Assembly: GCF_006345805.1 (NCBI RefSeq) | Contig: NC_042998.1 | Coordinates: 92,876,001-92,940,000 of the forward strand | Reading direction: 5' to 3' | Source: Octopus sinensis | Lineage: Eukaryota | DNA length: 64,000 nucleotides | Part shown: positions 41,233 through 52,818 of the stretch, piece after piece | Numbering within the stretch: position 1 is the first letter of the stretch | How the letters are laid out: the number at the start of each line of letters is the position of its first letter | Position numbers and translations under genes: made by a program | The notes under the pieces: model-generated | Seen by the model: the letters and a program-made list of their open reading frames with translations, nothing else | Database searches by the model: none | What the model was told of the DNA's origin: nothing

Positions 41233-41284
<52 letters not shown>

Positions 41285-41510
41285 GGTATATGTATGGATA
41301 TATGTATGTGTGCATCCATATGTGTTTATGTGTTTGTTTGCATTTATGCTCAATAAGATTGGTGGGATTATTGTTGTCACTTCCGTCAATGACTCATCTG
41401 CTTGCTTTGTACCATGGAAGATGTGAAATAAGACATTGCATCTTGGAAAACAAGTAAGCATACCTCTATGATACATGTATCTAATCTATGGCAAAATGGA
41501 CATATATATA

Positions 41511-42513
41511 CAGGGTGAGTAAGATATTTGAGGACAGATTTATATTTATAAAAAAACAAGATATATAATAACAGATAATAACTTTATTTATCAAAAAATG
41601 CTATGAGGATAAAAATTAACCTTCTTTTCTATAATGTTATCCAATAGAGCCACCATCAGCTTCAACAAGTGCTTCTAAATGCTCAAATCAAGTGGTCCTG
41701 GTTCATTTTAGATGTTAATCTGGCTATGGCAGCTTTCAAAGAATCTTTGGTGTTATGGGTGTGCTCATTGACTACTCTCAACAATGCTCCACATGTTACA
41801 GTCCAATAGATTGAGATCTGGGGAATTAGGAGGCCAAATGTTAGAAGTTGTGTGATCATGAAAATTTTCAGCCATCCATTCCTGTGTTACTAGAGCCATG
41901 TGTAACAGTGCAGAGTCTTACTGAAGACATATGGCCTTCTATTGCATACACTGTCTATCAAGGACTTAATTATTTCCAGGACTTCAATGTAGGCAGCAGA
42001 GTTAACTCTAAGGCCTTATGGAAAGAAGTAAGGAGGCATCACATGTCCTTCATTGCTGACAACCCCTAAAACACAAGAGTTTCAGGAAATTTTGTATGCA
42101 TAACACTTGGAACTTCAGAAGGGTCTGCACATAACCATCTGTCATTTCTTCTCTTAACTTTTTGATCATGGTCCAATATTTTCTCGTCTGAGAAAAACCA
42201 AATCAAATCTTCTGCTGAATTTTTCAGTTTGTTTAAGAGCCTTTTACATCTGATGTAGTGATTTTCTTTTGCTTTTTCTGACAAATTGACCTTTCCTCAT
42301 CATATAAGACTTATATGGCAAATTTTAAAAATCGAGATATTTCTAAGTTGCTATGCTCTGCCTTTATAACCACAATGACAGCATGTCTCTTCATTTCTTG
42401 AGTAAGCTGAAGGTCAGCCAATATTTTTTTCTGAAACCAAGATTATACAGAGTGAGCAAAAAATGCTACAATGACTCAAAAGATGTATGTTCTCAAATAC
42501 CTGATGCACCCTG
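41511..42513 (-). mobile_element. maT/Tc1-mariner element with about 26-bp TIRs, internally deleted
   Basis: TIRs cagggtgagtaagatatttgaggaca / tgttctcaaatacctgatgcaccctg, TA flanks; FFSDEK...RRNDRWL...HTKFP...SPDLNLLD remnants. Confidence 0.9.
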
Positions 42514-42555
42514 TATATATATATATATATATATATCTCAGAGATTTATTATTGT

Positions 42556-42624
<69 letters not shown>

Positions 42625-42626
<2 letters not shown>

Positions 42627-44171
42627 AATCAAAATAGATGAACATCAGTGGAATTGTATTCTTCTGGTACCAGTGCCGGTGGTGGCACACAAGAAAACCA
42701 CCCAAACGTGGCCGTAACACAGTACCGCATCGACTGGCCTCCGTGCTGTGGGCACAACACACACCATCCGATCGTGGCCGTTCGCCAGCCTCATCTGGCA
42801 CCTGTGCCGGTGGCACATAAAGACACCATCCGAAGACCCGGCGACGTAGTCAGTCACACCTGTGCATACCTTCCCTCTTATGACACTTGTGAAGACCTGT
42901 GAGGCAAGTGTGTGACACTTGTGAAGACCTGTGAGGCAGAGGCAATGTGTGACACTTGTGGAGACCTGTTGAGGCAAGTGTGTGACCCTTGTGAAGACCT
43001 GTTGAGGCAAGTGAAAATCAAACCAAATCAAAATAGATGAATATCAATGGAATTTGTATCTTTGTGGTTCCAGTACCGGTGGCACACAAGAAAACCATCC
43101 GAACGTGCCCGTCGACTGGCCTCCGTGCTGTGGGCACAACAAACACCATCTGATCGTGGCCGTTCGCCAGCCTCACCTGGCACCTGTGTCGGTGGCACAT
43201 AAAAACACCACCACCATCCAAAGACCCGGCGACGTAGTCAGTCCACCTGTGCTTACCTTCCTCTTATGACACTTGTGAAGACCTGTTGAGGCAGAGGCAA
43301 GTGTGTGACACTTTGTGAAGACCTGTTGAGGCAGAGGCAAGTGTGTGACACTTGTGGAGACCTGTTGAGGCAAGTGTGTGACACGCGTGACACTTGTGAA
43401 GACCTGTTGAGGCAAGTGAAATCAAACCAATCAAAATAGATGAACATCAATGGATTTGTATCTTTGTGGTTCCAGTAACGGTGGCAACAGAAAAACCATC
43501 CGATCGTGGCCGTTCGCCAGCCACATCTGGCACCTGTGTCGGTGGCACATAAAGACACCATCCGAAGACCCGGCGACGTAGACAGTCCACCTATGCATAC
43601 CTTCCTTCTTGTGACATGTGAAGACCTGTTGAGGCAAGTGAAAATCAAATCAAATCAAATCAAATCAAATCAAATCAAAACAAATCAAAATAGATGAACA
43701 TAAATGGAATTTGTATCTTTGTGGTACCAGTGCCGGTGGCACACAAGAAAATCATCCGAACGTGGCCGTAGCCAGTACCGCATAGACTGGCCTCCGTGCT
43801 TTGGGGACGTAACAAACACCATCCGATCATGCCGTCCGCCAGCCTCATCTGGCACCTGTGTCGGTGGCACATAAAAACACCATCCGAGCGTGGCCGTCTG
43901 CCAGCCTCGTCTGGCACCTGTGTCGGTGGCACATAAAAACACCATCCGAGCGTGGCCGTTCGCCAGCCTCGTCTGCACCTGTGTCGGTGGCACATAAAAT
44001 CACCCACTACACTCTCGGAGTGGTTGGCGTTAGGAAGGGCATCCAGCTGTAGAAACACTGCCAGATCTGACTGGCCTGGTGCAGCCTTCGGGCTCCCCAG
44101 ACCCCAGTTGAACCGTCCAACCCATGCTAGCATGGAAAACGGACGCTAAATGATGATGATGATGATGATGA
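42625..44171 (+). repeat. higher-order tandem array of an RTE-X 3'UTR ending in a normal RTE-X terminus
   Basis: Units start at about 42625, 43024, 43428 and 43681; nine copies of gtg(a/g)agacctgt(t)gaggca; (TA)n on both flanks. Confidence 0.92.
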
Positions 44172-44220
44172 TATGTATATATATATATATATATATATGC
44201 ATACATACACATATATAAAT

Positions 44221-44251
<31 letters not shown>

Positions 44252-44917
44252 CATACATACACATATATAAATATACATATTATATATATATATATATATA
44301 CATATAAACACACTCACACACACATACATATAATATATGTGTGTCTTTGTGTGTAAATGTATGTAAGTGAGTGTTAATGTGCACGTTCATGTATGTTTGG
44401 GCCTCTTTGTTTTGACATTTATGCACAAAATCCTTTTTTGTACAAAAATGGTATAATTTGTCTTTGCAATTCTCCACATTAAAACATGCCCATCCATTGA
44501 GCTATTTGTGTTGTGTTTGTGTTTGAATATTACCTTGGCCCTTGTTAGAAACTGTTATGGGTTGGCGATGGGAAGAGCATTAGGTTGTAAAAATCTGTCT
44601 GCAACGATGGGACAATGGCTGTTAAAACATTGAAAAAGAAAAAAAAATTATAAGTTTATATATTAAGTTGCTAAATTTTATTTTTTCTCCTGCTTTTCTT
44701 AATACCATGCCTGTGTGGAAGTGGTTAGTCCACATTACTCCATAAGGGGTATAGGGCCAGTTTTCTGGTCCCTCTGGTGCGTATATTCCTCCCTGGTTAG
44801 GATGCTGGTCCATCGTAAGGTTATGCATTTTTACTAGCTGACTGGACATAAAATGAAGTGTTTTGCTGAAGAACACAATACATTGCCCAATCCAGAAATT
44901 AAAACTACAATCTTAAG

Positions 44918-45065
44918 CATTATTTACACTTAACGGATATTTGTCCTCATCTTGTTTGTTGTTAATGCGTTTTGCTGATATACCCTCCAGCTTTCATCGG
45001 GTGTCTTGGGGAAATTTTGATCCTGGGTTCTCATTCCTAGGGTATTTTTTGATGTTATCATTATT
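44918..45065 (-). mobile_element. Penelope-like arm with degenerate hammerhead core (inverted partner at 46490-46640)
   Basis: Reverse complement of 46490-46640; contains c(t/c)gatga-a-(g/a)gctg-gagggtatat-cagc-aaaac. Confidence 0.7.
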
Positions 45066-46294
45066 CATCATCATCATCATTTAACGTCTGCTTTCCATGC
45101 TAGCATGGGTTGGACGACTTGACTGAGGACTAGTGAACCAGATGGCTGCACCAGGCTCCAATCTGATCTGGCAGAGTTTCTTATTTCTTTATTACCCACA
45201 AGGGGCTAAATATAGAGGGGATAAACAAGGACAGACAAAGGGATTAAGTCGATTACATCGACCCCAGTGCATAACTGGTACTTTATTTATCGACCCTGAA
45301 AGGATGAAAGACAAAGTCGACCTTGGCGGAATTTGAACTCAGAACAAAATGGCAAACAAAATACCACTAAGCATTTTGCCCAGCATGCTAATGTTTCTGC
45401 CAACTTGCAGAGTTTCTACAGCTTGATACCCTTCCTAATGCCAACCACTCCAAGAGTGTAGTGGGTACTTTTACGTGCCACCAGCACGATGGTCAGTCAA
45501 GTGGTAATGGCAATGGCCACGCTCAAATGGTGTATTTTATATGCCACCTGCACAGGAGCCAGTCCAGCAGCACTGGCAACGACCTCGCTCGAATGTTTTT
45601 TCATGTGCCATCAGCACAAGTGCTAGCAAGGCAACGCTGGTAATGATCACACTCGAATGGTACTTTTTACGTGCCTCTGGCACGGGAGCCAGTTTGCTAC
45701 TCTGGCAACGATCATGCTCGGATGGTGCTCTTAGTGCTCCACTAGCATGGATACCAGTCGTCGAATTTGATCTCGATTACACTTGCCTCAACAGGTCTTC
45801 ACAAGCAGAGTTTAGTGTCCAATGTAGGAAAGGTACACATAAGTGGGCTGGTTACACCCCTGGCATAGGCTACGAGGTTATGGTCTCACTTTGCTTGCCG
45901 GGTCTTCTCAAGCACAGCATATTTCCAAAAGTCTCAGTCACTAGTCATTGCCTCGATGAGGCCTAATGTTTGAAGGTCGTGCTTCACCACCTCATCCCAG
46001 GTCTTCCTGGGTCTACCTCTTCCACAGGTTCCCTCAACCACTAGGGTGTAGCACTTTTTCATACAACTATTCACATCCATTCTCACCACATGACCATACA
46101 AGCGCAGACGTCTCTCTTGCACACCATATCTGATGCTTCTTAGGTCCAACTTTTCTCTCAAGGTACTTACACTCTTTTGTGTATGCACACTGACATTACA
46201 CATCCATTGGAGCATACTGGCTTCATTCTTTGCGAGCTTATGCATGTCCTCAGGAGTCACGGCCCATGTTTCACTGCAATGTAGCATGGCTGTT
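45066..46294 (-). mobile_element. 5'-truncated RTE-X LINE interrupted by a SINE
   Basis: TAMLHCSETWAVT...GRGRPRKTW ORF piece plus 3'UTR. Confidence 0.9.
45182..45406 (-). mobile_element. tRNA-derived SINE with 11-bp target-site duplication
   Basis: gcagagtttct at 45171-45181 and 45407-45417 flanks the insertion. Confidence 0.92.
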
Positions 46295-46307
46295 GTTATT
46301 ATTATTA

Positions 46308-46388
<81 letters not shown>

Positions 46389-46424
46389 TTATTATCATTA
46401 TCATTATTATTATTCAGGCAGTGA

Positions 46425-46472
<48 letters not shown>

Positions 46473-46489
46473 TAATAATAATAATAATA

Positions 46490-46680
46490 ATAACAACAAC
46501 AACATCAAAAAATACCTTAGGAATGAGAACCCAGGTTCGAAATATCCCCAAGACACCTGATGAAGGCTGGAGGGTATATCAGCCAAAACATGTTAACAAC
46601 AAACAAGATGAGGACAAATATTCGTCAAATGTAAATAATGTACATACTTCCTCATCTCTTAAATATAGAACTGTACAATC
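46490..46680 (+). mobile_element. Penelope-like arm with hammerhead-like core, preceded by (AAT)n
   Basis: gacac-CTGATGA-a-GGCTG-gagggtatat-CAGCC-aAAAC at about 46552-46589 (G12 position reads A). Confidence 0.7.
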
Positions 46681-48872
46681 GTACAGTCATGAATTCAACA
46701 CCCTAACTACTAAACCACATGTCTCCACTTTGTGGAAATATTGATGTGAAATTCATAATGATATTGATGATCATGCTGCTGCTGCTGCTGCTGATAATGC
46801 TTCAGTACCTGTTATTCCAGTATTTTTATGGTTGGGTGCTGTGGAGCTGTAAGGATTGAAAATGTTTAACTCTTTTGATACCAACCGACTTGAGACCACC
46901 CTTGGTTCTATTATACAAAATTCTTGTTTTAAAGTGATTTAAATTAACCCTTACTGCATAATAACTGAGCATACTTGGTTCTGTGCATTTGCTCTTGAGA
47001 CACAGGAATTGGGAATTGAATTTCTCATTTTTCATAATCGGGAACTTTCCAGAATTTTTCCCACATTTCAAATGATGTAACATGCACATCTTACTTTCAC
47101 TGCTAATAGAAAGATGTTGTGAGAACTAATTTGCATATGATTTACATGTTACATCACCAGATTGTGAGTCATTAATTTAATCAGTGCAGTGAGGATTAAA
47201 ACCCTTCTTCAAAATGTCATGCTAATTTAAGTGTCAAAGATTAGCTTAATAATAATAAAGTTATTTTACTGAATTCTTTGTTATTTTCCAAATGAAACAA
47301 AGGCAGTGTATTTCAATAAAAATTTGGTAATGATTGAGTTAATGAAATTAAAATGATTTTTGAAAATTTTTAAACTTGTCCAACACCATGGCAAATATTG
47401 AAGAATTATCTGAATGCGATCAATAAAGCATATTTGTGTGAATAAAATCGTTTCTCTTTGGAATAGAAAAAAAGTCTTTATTTCTTCTTTTGCTGGTGTC
47501 TCAAATATAGGTTAAATCAGTGTCAGACAAGTTGTTTTGAGAAAATTTCATTTAAATGTTTGACAACTCAGCACTGTCCATTGGACGGGAGGCATTTTGC
47601 TCATACCATCATCATCATCATCGTTTAACGTCCATTTTCCATGCTAGCATGGGTTGGACGGTTCAACTGGGGTCTGAGAAGCCAGAAGGCTGCGCCAGGC
47701 CCAGTCTGATCTGGCAGTGTTTCTACAGCTTTATATATATATATATATATTATTATTATATTATTATATGATCAAATGCCACGCATCTCCTCTTCCAAGT
47801 AAGTTATATATATATACATTTACAAATACATACATACAGACATATGTATGAAAGGTTTCCATACAGTTTCTATCAATGAAATCCACTCACAAAACATTGG
47901 TCAATCTGGAGGTATAGCAGAAGACTTGCCAAAGGTGCCATTCAGTGGGACTGAACCTGAAACCACATAGTTGCAAAGCAGTATTGTTTACTACACAACC
48001 ATGCCTTTTACACTCAGTGATCTAAGATCTCACCTTTACTCCTCCTGTCTACATCATCCATACACTTCTTTAACAGATGATTTCTTCCTGTAAAAGCAGA
48101 TTTCCATTCCTCCTCCAACACCCATTACCCATCCACATTTCATGTCCATTTCAGTATATTAATTTCTTCTGCACCCTTTGGCTGGTCTCTTTAATATCCA
48201 GCCATATTCTCTGCTTACTTGTAGACTGCTTTACATATTTTACATATATTGCTCACCTCATTTCTTCCCAGTGTCTTTCTGTATATCTTCCGTTTTTCTT
48301 TTCTCGTGTCTCACTATCATACTACATTAAATTTCTTACACGTACTTCCTGCAAGCTGATGCTGGTATATAATAATCATAACTGCAGTGATATTTATGAT
48401 CACATGCACAAAGGAAAAAGAAACAAAACAAATACAAAATAAAAGAAATAAAAAAAGTTCATGAATATAATAAATTAATGATAGAATATTAATTTGATGC
48501 TGGCTAACTGATTGCTTATTGTGAAAGTCATGAGAGTGAATCATTGGTAATGGATTATTCTTAATATGTGTGAGTGTGAATCAATTGAATTATATGAAGA
48601 ATCTTACACTCAATTAGTTGTACCACTCAACAATTAGATAGAATTCCATGGTATTAAATAAGATATTCTGTATATGATGTAATTTCAAAGTAAAGTATGT
48701 GAATGAGAAATGAAGTAAAATTTTAACTTGCCATTTTTCAATTGCAATGTGAAATTTGAAAGAAATAAAGATCAATTTTGAATCAGAAAAAAATAAATAA
48801 ATAAATTATATCAGTTTATTGATTCAAATTCAATTTAGTATACACATACACACATGCATATGTATACATATT

Positions 48873-48916
<44 letters not shown>

Positions 48917-48918
48917 TA

Positions 48919-49748
48919 TAGGGTGCGGTGAATAGAATAAACTATTGTCTAAAAATGAAAATAACACATCTTAACAGATATATTTACCACAATTACATAA
49001 AATATCTTGAAATACTAAAGAGTAAACTTATTCAATAAAATTGCCATTGGCTTCAACCACAGCCTTCAGATGACTTTGGAATCTCCTGCTTCTCTTCTGG
49101 ACGGTCTTCTTGTTTAGGTAGGTGTACGCTGTCATAATCCTTGCCTTCAGTTCATCTTTGGTTTTACAAGAGGTTTTGTTGGTCTCTTGCTCAACTGTGC
49201 CCCACCCATAATAATCAAGTGGGTTGCAGTCTGGGGACTTAGGTGACCAGATGTTAGAGGTGATAGCCATGACTGGTTTCTCCTGCTTTTGTGGCATGGT
49301 GCAGAGTCCTGTTGCCAGAGATAGGATCTTCCAGCAGCCACCCTCTTGACTCAGGACAGCATTACCTTCTCCAGGCACTTGATGTAGGCTTCCATGTTGA
49401 GTCTGATGCCATGTGGGGAGATGAATAGAGGCATAACGTTGCCATCATTAGTGATCACTCCAAACACCATGATGCTGACAGGATGTTTGATTTTTATCAC
49501 TCTCAGTCCATGTCTTCAGATTGCACTGACCTCAGATTGATACCCAAACACTCTGAAATCTTTGTATTGGAGCTTCTGGCATGAATGCTAAGCAGTACAG
49601 CATGTTTCCAAATTTCTGGCAGAGTGAATTGTGTCATGGGGGGATTTTCTCACAGACAGTGCCCAAAAGTCAACAAAATCAAAAACAAACAATGCACATG
49701 CATGAAATTAGAAATATAAAATGGTGACAATTTACCTATCACACCCTG
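48919..49748 (-). mobile_element. maT (DD37D-type) non-autonomous element, about 830 bp
   Basis: (c)agggtg ends in (TA)n; WQQDSAPCH...SPDCNPLDYYGWG...LKAVVEANG; same family as 56709-57538. Confidence 0.9.
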
Positions 49749-49758
49749 TATATACATA

Positions 49759-49822
<64 letters not shown>

Positions 49823-50516
49823 AACATACATATATATATACACACACATGTACATATATTGATTAATGTTCAATGAATAAGAGAAGGGTACTCAGTACAT
49901 GTTGTAGAAGATGTGTTTTTTTTCTTATCAAAATTGAAATTGAGATTTTGTCTCACAACTTGAATTTCATGCTATTGTTTTACCTGAAGATTACAGTGGC
50001 ATGTGGCTTGACCTATGACACTATCTCTCAGTTTCAGTTTAATAAAACACACACATGCACTCATGCATGTGCGCGCACGCGCACACACACACACACACAC
50101 ACACATACACCTTGTTTGTTTAACATCTATTTTCCTATGCTTAACAGGGGTTAGAAGGGAAAATACTTGAGCCAGTAGTTTTACAACTGGATACTTTTCC
50201 TATCACTAACACTTACCTGTTCTTCAAATATATGAATTTTAATTTCACTGAGATTCAGAAATACAGAACTAGTGAATAATTTGTTGACAGGAATTATATC
50301 TATACCTACATCTGCATATATATAGACTTAAACCACTATTTTGATTGCCCTCTCTAGTTCTCCCTGCTAATCAACTCATTCCAATATTCAAGTCAAGAAC
50401 TGTATCACTGGATAAAGCATCATATTTCATGGTGTAAAATTCTCACTCAAAGACTTGATATTCATCTATTGAGGATTGAGGAATCAATTAGCATTTAATT
50501 GTTATGTTCAATTAAG

Positions 50517-50573
50517 GATATTGTTGTAAGTGATAAATGTGATATATCTTCTTGGAACACAGGGGTTTATAAG
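50517..50573 (+). CDS. candidate 57-nt phase-0 exon
   Basis: gttcaattaag|GAT ATT...TAT AAG|gttagt; DIVVSDKCDISSWNTGVYK. Confidence 0.2.
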
Positions 50574-51469
50574 GTTAGTGTTTACCTTTTGATTTTGAAA
50601 TATAAAGGATATGAAAGTAGCTTTCCTTCCAGAGAGTGCTAGTTTATAGCTAGAAACATTCCCATAAGATCTGGTACTTATTACTTGCAACAATGTGAAT
50701 TGAAGCACATAAACCAATGAGAAGTTGCTCAGAGACATCAAATGCCAGCAACAGATATGAACATCAAACCCATGAGTTAGTTGTTATGTAACTTATCCAC
50801 TCAAATATTTCCCTTTTGTACAAGTCTCAAGACCAAAATTCAAATTTTGTTTTTCTCAAGTGAGATTATTATTGCTATGTTTGCCTATTTTAAATGAACA
50901 ACACGAAAGTGAATGTTTATTGTAGAGATGTTTCCAAAGGTTCAGGTCATCTATCTTTCTTGGAAACGTAATATTTAAAATATCTGTATTTCTTTTGAGA
51001 AAGTAAAATATTTCATGCAATTTAGGACCAGAAAAATCCATTTGAAGTCCTGTGTTAGTAAAAGTATTTCTAATAGAATAAAATTGTAATGAAAAAAAGT
51101 AGTCAGTGCACCAAGTCTTGCTGAAGAAAAAAGAAGCATTTTTTAACCAATATTTTGAGGTTAGGTTCTTTTTCAAATTAAAATTTCCCTTTTCCATATG
51201 GTTTGATATTTTATTATGATTTTATTCACTCACAAAATATATTAACATTTTATGATTATTGATAATATTATGATACTCATCTAATGTGCCAAGAAAATAT
51301 GTCACTTATGGAGGACTTTGGCTTTTACTGGGGCACAGGTTACCCATTATCACACTCTCACCTCATTCCTATCTCATCATGATCTCATCTCTGTCTCATC
51401 ATGATTACACTACTGTTCTGAATCTTCCTCTCTAATTGCTTTTAACTCCATCCATATCTTACTTTGTTC

Positions 51470-51720
51470 TCTAGTTCATGTTGCCAGAAGTTTTTTGCCC
51501 TGGGGAACCCAACACAAGGATTGCCATGAGGATTCCATCTGAAAGATTGACTGGTAATGCTTCAAAGAATGTGGCCAATCAAACACCAATTTCTTTGTTC
51601 GATCCCTGTATTCACGCAGGGCTTTGTTGTTCCACAAACCATGCAGAGTTTGCTCCATAGTGAGAGGAAGGGTATCAGATTTGCAAAATCCTTTTAGCTT
51701 CAACTGCAATGCTTCTTTCT
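51470..51720 (-). mobile_element. old RTE-clade ORF2 C-terminal remnant
   Basis: Mixed frames give RILQI*...NWCLIGHIL*...LCWVPQGKK, resembling RILxIxW...WxWIGHTLR...ALxWNPQGKR. Confidence 0.6.
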
Positions 51721-52108
51721 CTTTGCAGGGTCCTTTTACCTTGAATTGTGAGATTTACTTTGCTTTTTTTGTCAATATTTTTGTAGTGATTGAAAGTTGT
51801 TTTTACAAAGTGAAGTAGCCATCCCTAGGCCAACTCCACAACCTGGAAGTAAATTCCCAGCCAGTGTAACTCTCAGGATTATAGAAGCATGCAAGCTCCC
51901 CATCACTACATGCACTCTATAATATGTAGTCTACAAGGAAAAGTGAAATATACACAGTCAATTACTTGATTTTATTGTCCCTGAGCATCTGCCACACACA
52001 AAAACTATCTTCCCAGTTAGCCTTCCTATGATATTGCTGCACCTCTTATGTGTCCATAGCTTACACAGAGTACATCTTATAGACTTTCTACCTATGCTTT
52101 TCTACAGA

Positions 52109-52781
52109 TCGAGGTGGTGAAGCATGACCTTCAAACATTGGGCCTCACTGAGGCAATAACTAGTGACCAGGACCTTTGGAAATATGCTGTGCTTGAGAAG
52201 GCTCGGCAAACCCAAGTGAGACCATAACCTCGTGGCCTATGCCAGGGGTGCAACCAGCCCACTTATGCAAACCTTTCCTTCATTGGACACTAAACTCTGC
52301 TTGCGAAGACCTGTTGAGGCAAGTGAAATTGAAATTGAAATCAAATTCGATGAATGGCATCTGTGCTAGTGGAGTGCTAAGAGTACCATATGAGCGTGAT
52401 TGTTGCCAGGCAGCATGTAAAAAGCACCATTTGAGCATGATCGTTACCAGCGTTGCCTTACTGGCACGTGAAAAAACATTCAAACAAGGTCATTGCCAGT
52501 GCCGTTGGACTGGCTCCTGTGCTGGTGGTACGTAAAAATACCATTTGAGCATGGCCGTTGCCAGTACTGCCTGACTGGCCCTCGTGCCAGTGGCACGTAA
52601 AAGCACCCACTACACTCTTGGAGTGGTTGGTGTTAGGAAGGGCATCAAGCTGTAGAAACTCTGCCAGATCAGATTGGAGTCTGGTGCAGCCATCTGGTTC
52701 GCGAGACCTCACTCAAATTGTCCAACCCATGCTGGCATTGAAGGTGGACATTAAACAATGATGATGATGATGATGATGATG

Positions 52782-52783
<2 letters not shown>
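52109..52783 (+). mobile_element. RTE-X 3' fragment
   Basis: EVVKHDLQTLGL...AVLEK plus full 3'UTR and (ATG)n tail running into (TA)n. Confidence 0.9.
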
Positions 52784-52815
<32 letters not shown>

Positions 52816-52818
52816 TAT

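Noticed and set aside
40821-41315. Antisense ORFs over LINE coding regions (also 39179-39595, 61224-61643)
   Set aside because: Shadow ORFs of GC-richer RT coding sequence.
43395-43425. Hammerhead reading of CTGTTGA-ggcaagt-GAAA in the RTE-X motif
   Set aside because: No credible stem II, and no stem I/III complementarity around a cleavage triplet.
42880-43640. CRISPR-like look of the recurring roughly 30-bp gacacttgtgaagacctgttgaggcaag repeat
   Set aside because: Repeats are adjacent or separated by repeated (not unique) sequence, derive from a LINE 3'UTR, and there are no cas genes in this eukaryotic context.
45934-46404. 156-aa ORF with poly-Ile N-terminus fused to LINE sequence
   Set aside because: (AAT)n tract read in frame into the truncated RTE-X; an insertion-site artefact.
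50856-51197. 113-aa ORF in AT-rich DNA and the neighbouring signal-peptide-like ORF 50508-50741
   Set aside because: No recognisable domain or consistent splice structure; DILNITFPRKIDDLNLW may echo an RTE remnant. Not supportable as a gene.
51476-51709. Protein-like ORFs on both strands (77 and 60 aa)
   Set aside because: Explained as a frameshifted RTE ORF2 C-terminal remnant and its antisense shadow.
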